DNA from: Vicugna vicugna
Lineage: Eukaryota
NCBI GenBank assembly: GCA_013265495.1
Contig: MU058009.1
Location: 1,242,001 to 1,306,000, forward strand
DNA: 64,000 nucleotides
Direction of reading: 5' to 3'
The position numbers were made by a program, and so were the translations under genes. The notes under the pieces were generated by a model. It was not told the DNA's origin. It did not search any database and was given only the letters and a program-made list of their open reading frames with translations. This document shows positions 63,713 to 64,000 of this stretch, piece by piece; positions within the stretch are counted from its first letter, which is position 1, and each line of letters starts with the position of its first letter.

Positions 63713-64000
63713 AGAAACCTTCTCTCATCTGTGCTTCTTCTCAATTGCCTTCTGTTCAAACCAATCCCTGCGCCACAATGGCACGATTTTGTGAGGCAAC
63801 TCACTCTGGACCGCTTTAGCAGAAAGGCTGCCTTTAGGGAATCTGGCTGCTTCCTGTCTCTGCTGATAGATGATTTCCAGAGTGCACTGCTTAGGCCAGG
63901 CCCACCTTGGGGCAAACTCATACACCTGAGCCTTACACCTCCCACCGCAAGGCTTCAGTGCAAACTGGCAGAGGGAGAGGGCAGACATGACTGTAAGTAT

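Noticed and set aside
1..64000. A novel multi-gene system, CRISPR array or prokaryote-style operon
   Set aside because: The sequence is repeat-rich mammalian DNA with no regularly spaced repeat-spacer array and no credible genes

Overview
This is mammalian non-coding DNA (intronic or intergenic), most likely from a camelid. The taxon call rests on four copies of a tRNA-Ala(AGC)-derived SINE that match the camelid Vic-1 family, plus cetartiodactyl-type L1 3' ends. I find no supportable host protein-coding exon, RNA gene or CRISPR array. The ORF track is explained by chance ORFs in GC-rich sequence and by decayed L1 ORF1/ORF2 remnants. Much of the window is an ancient repeat landscape: L1M, L2, MIR, MaLR/ERVL solo LTRs and a tiny Tigger relic. 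I found no convincing new biological system. The signals most worth following up are: (i) sharp CpG/GC bursts inside old repeats and a weak-to-strong-skewed SINE copy, suggesting GC-biased gene conversion scars; (ii) a divergent pair of near-consensus CTCF motifs at about 32.5 and 38.7 kb; (iii) a homeobox/Sox/Pbx-Hox-dense enhancer-like island at about 48.8-49.3 kb; (iv) a collapsed Tigger hairpin; and (v) a G-quadruplex motif created by an 11-bp duplication. Repeat family names come from recalled consensus sequences, and boundaries of old elements are approximate unless TSDs are quoted.
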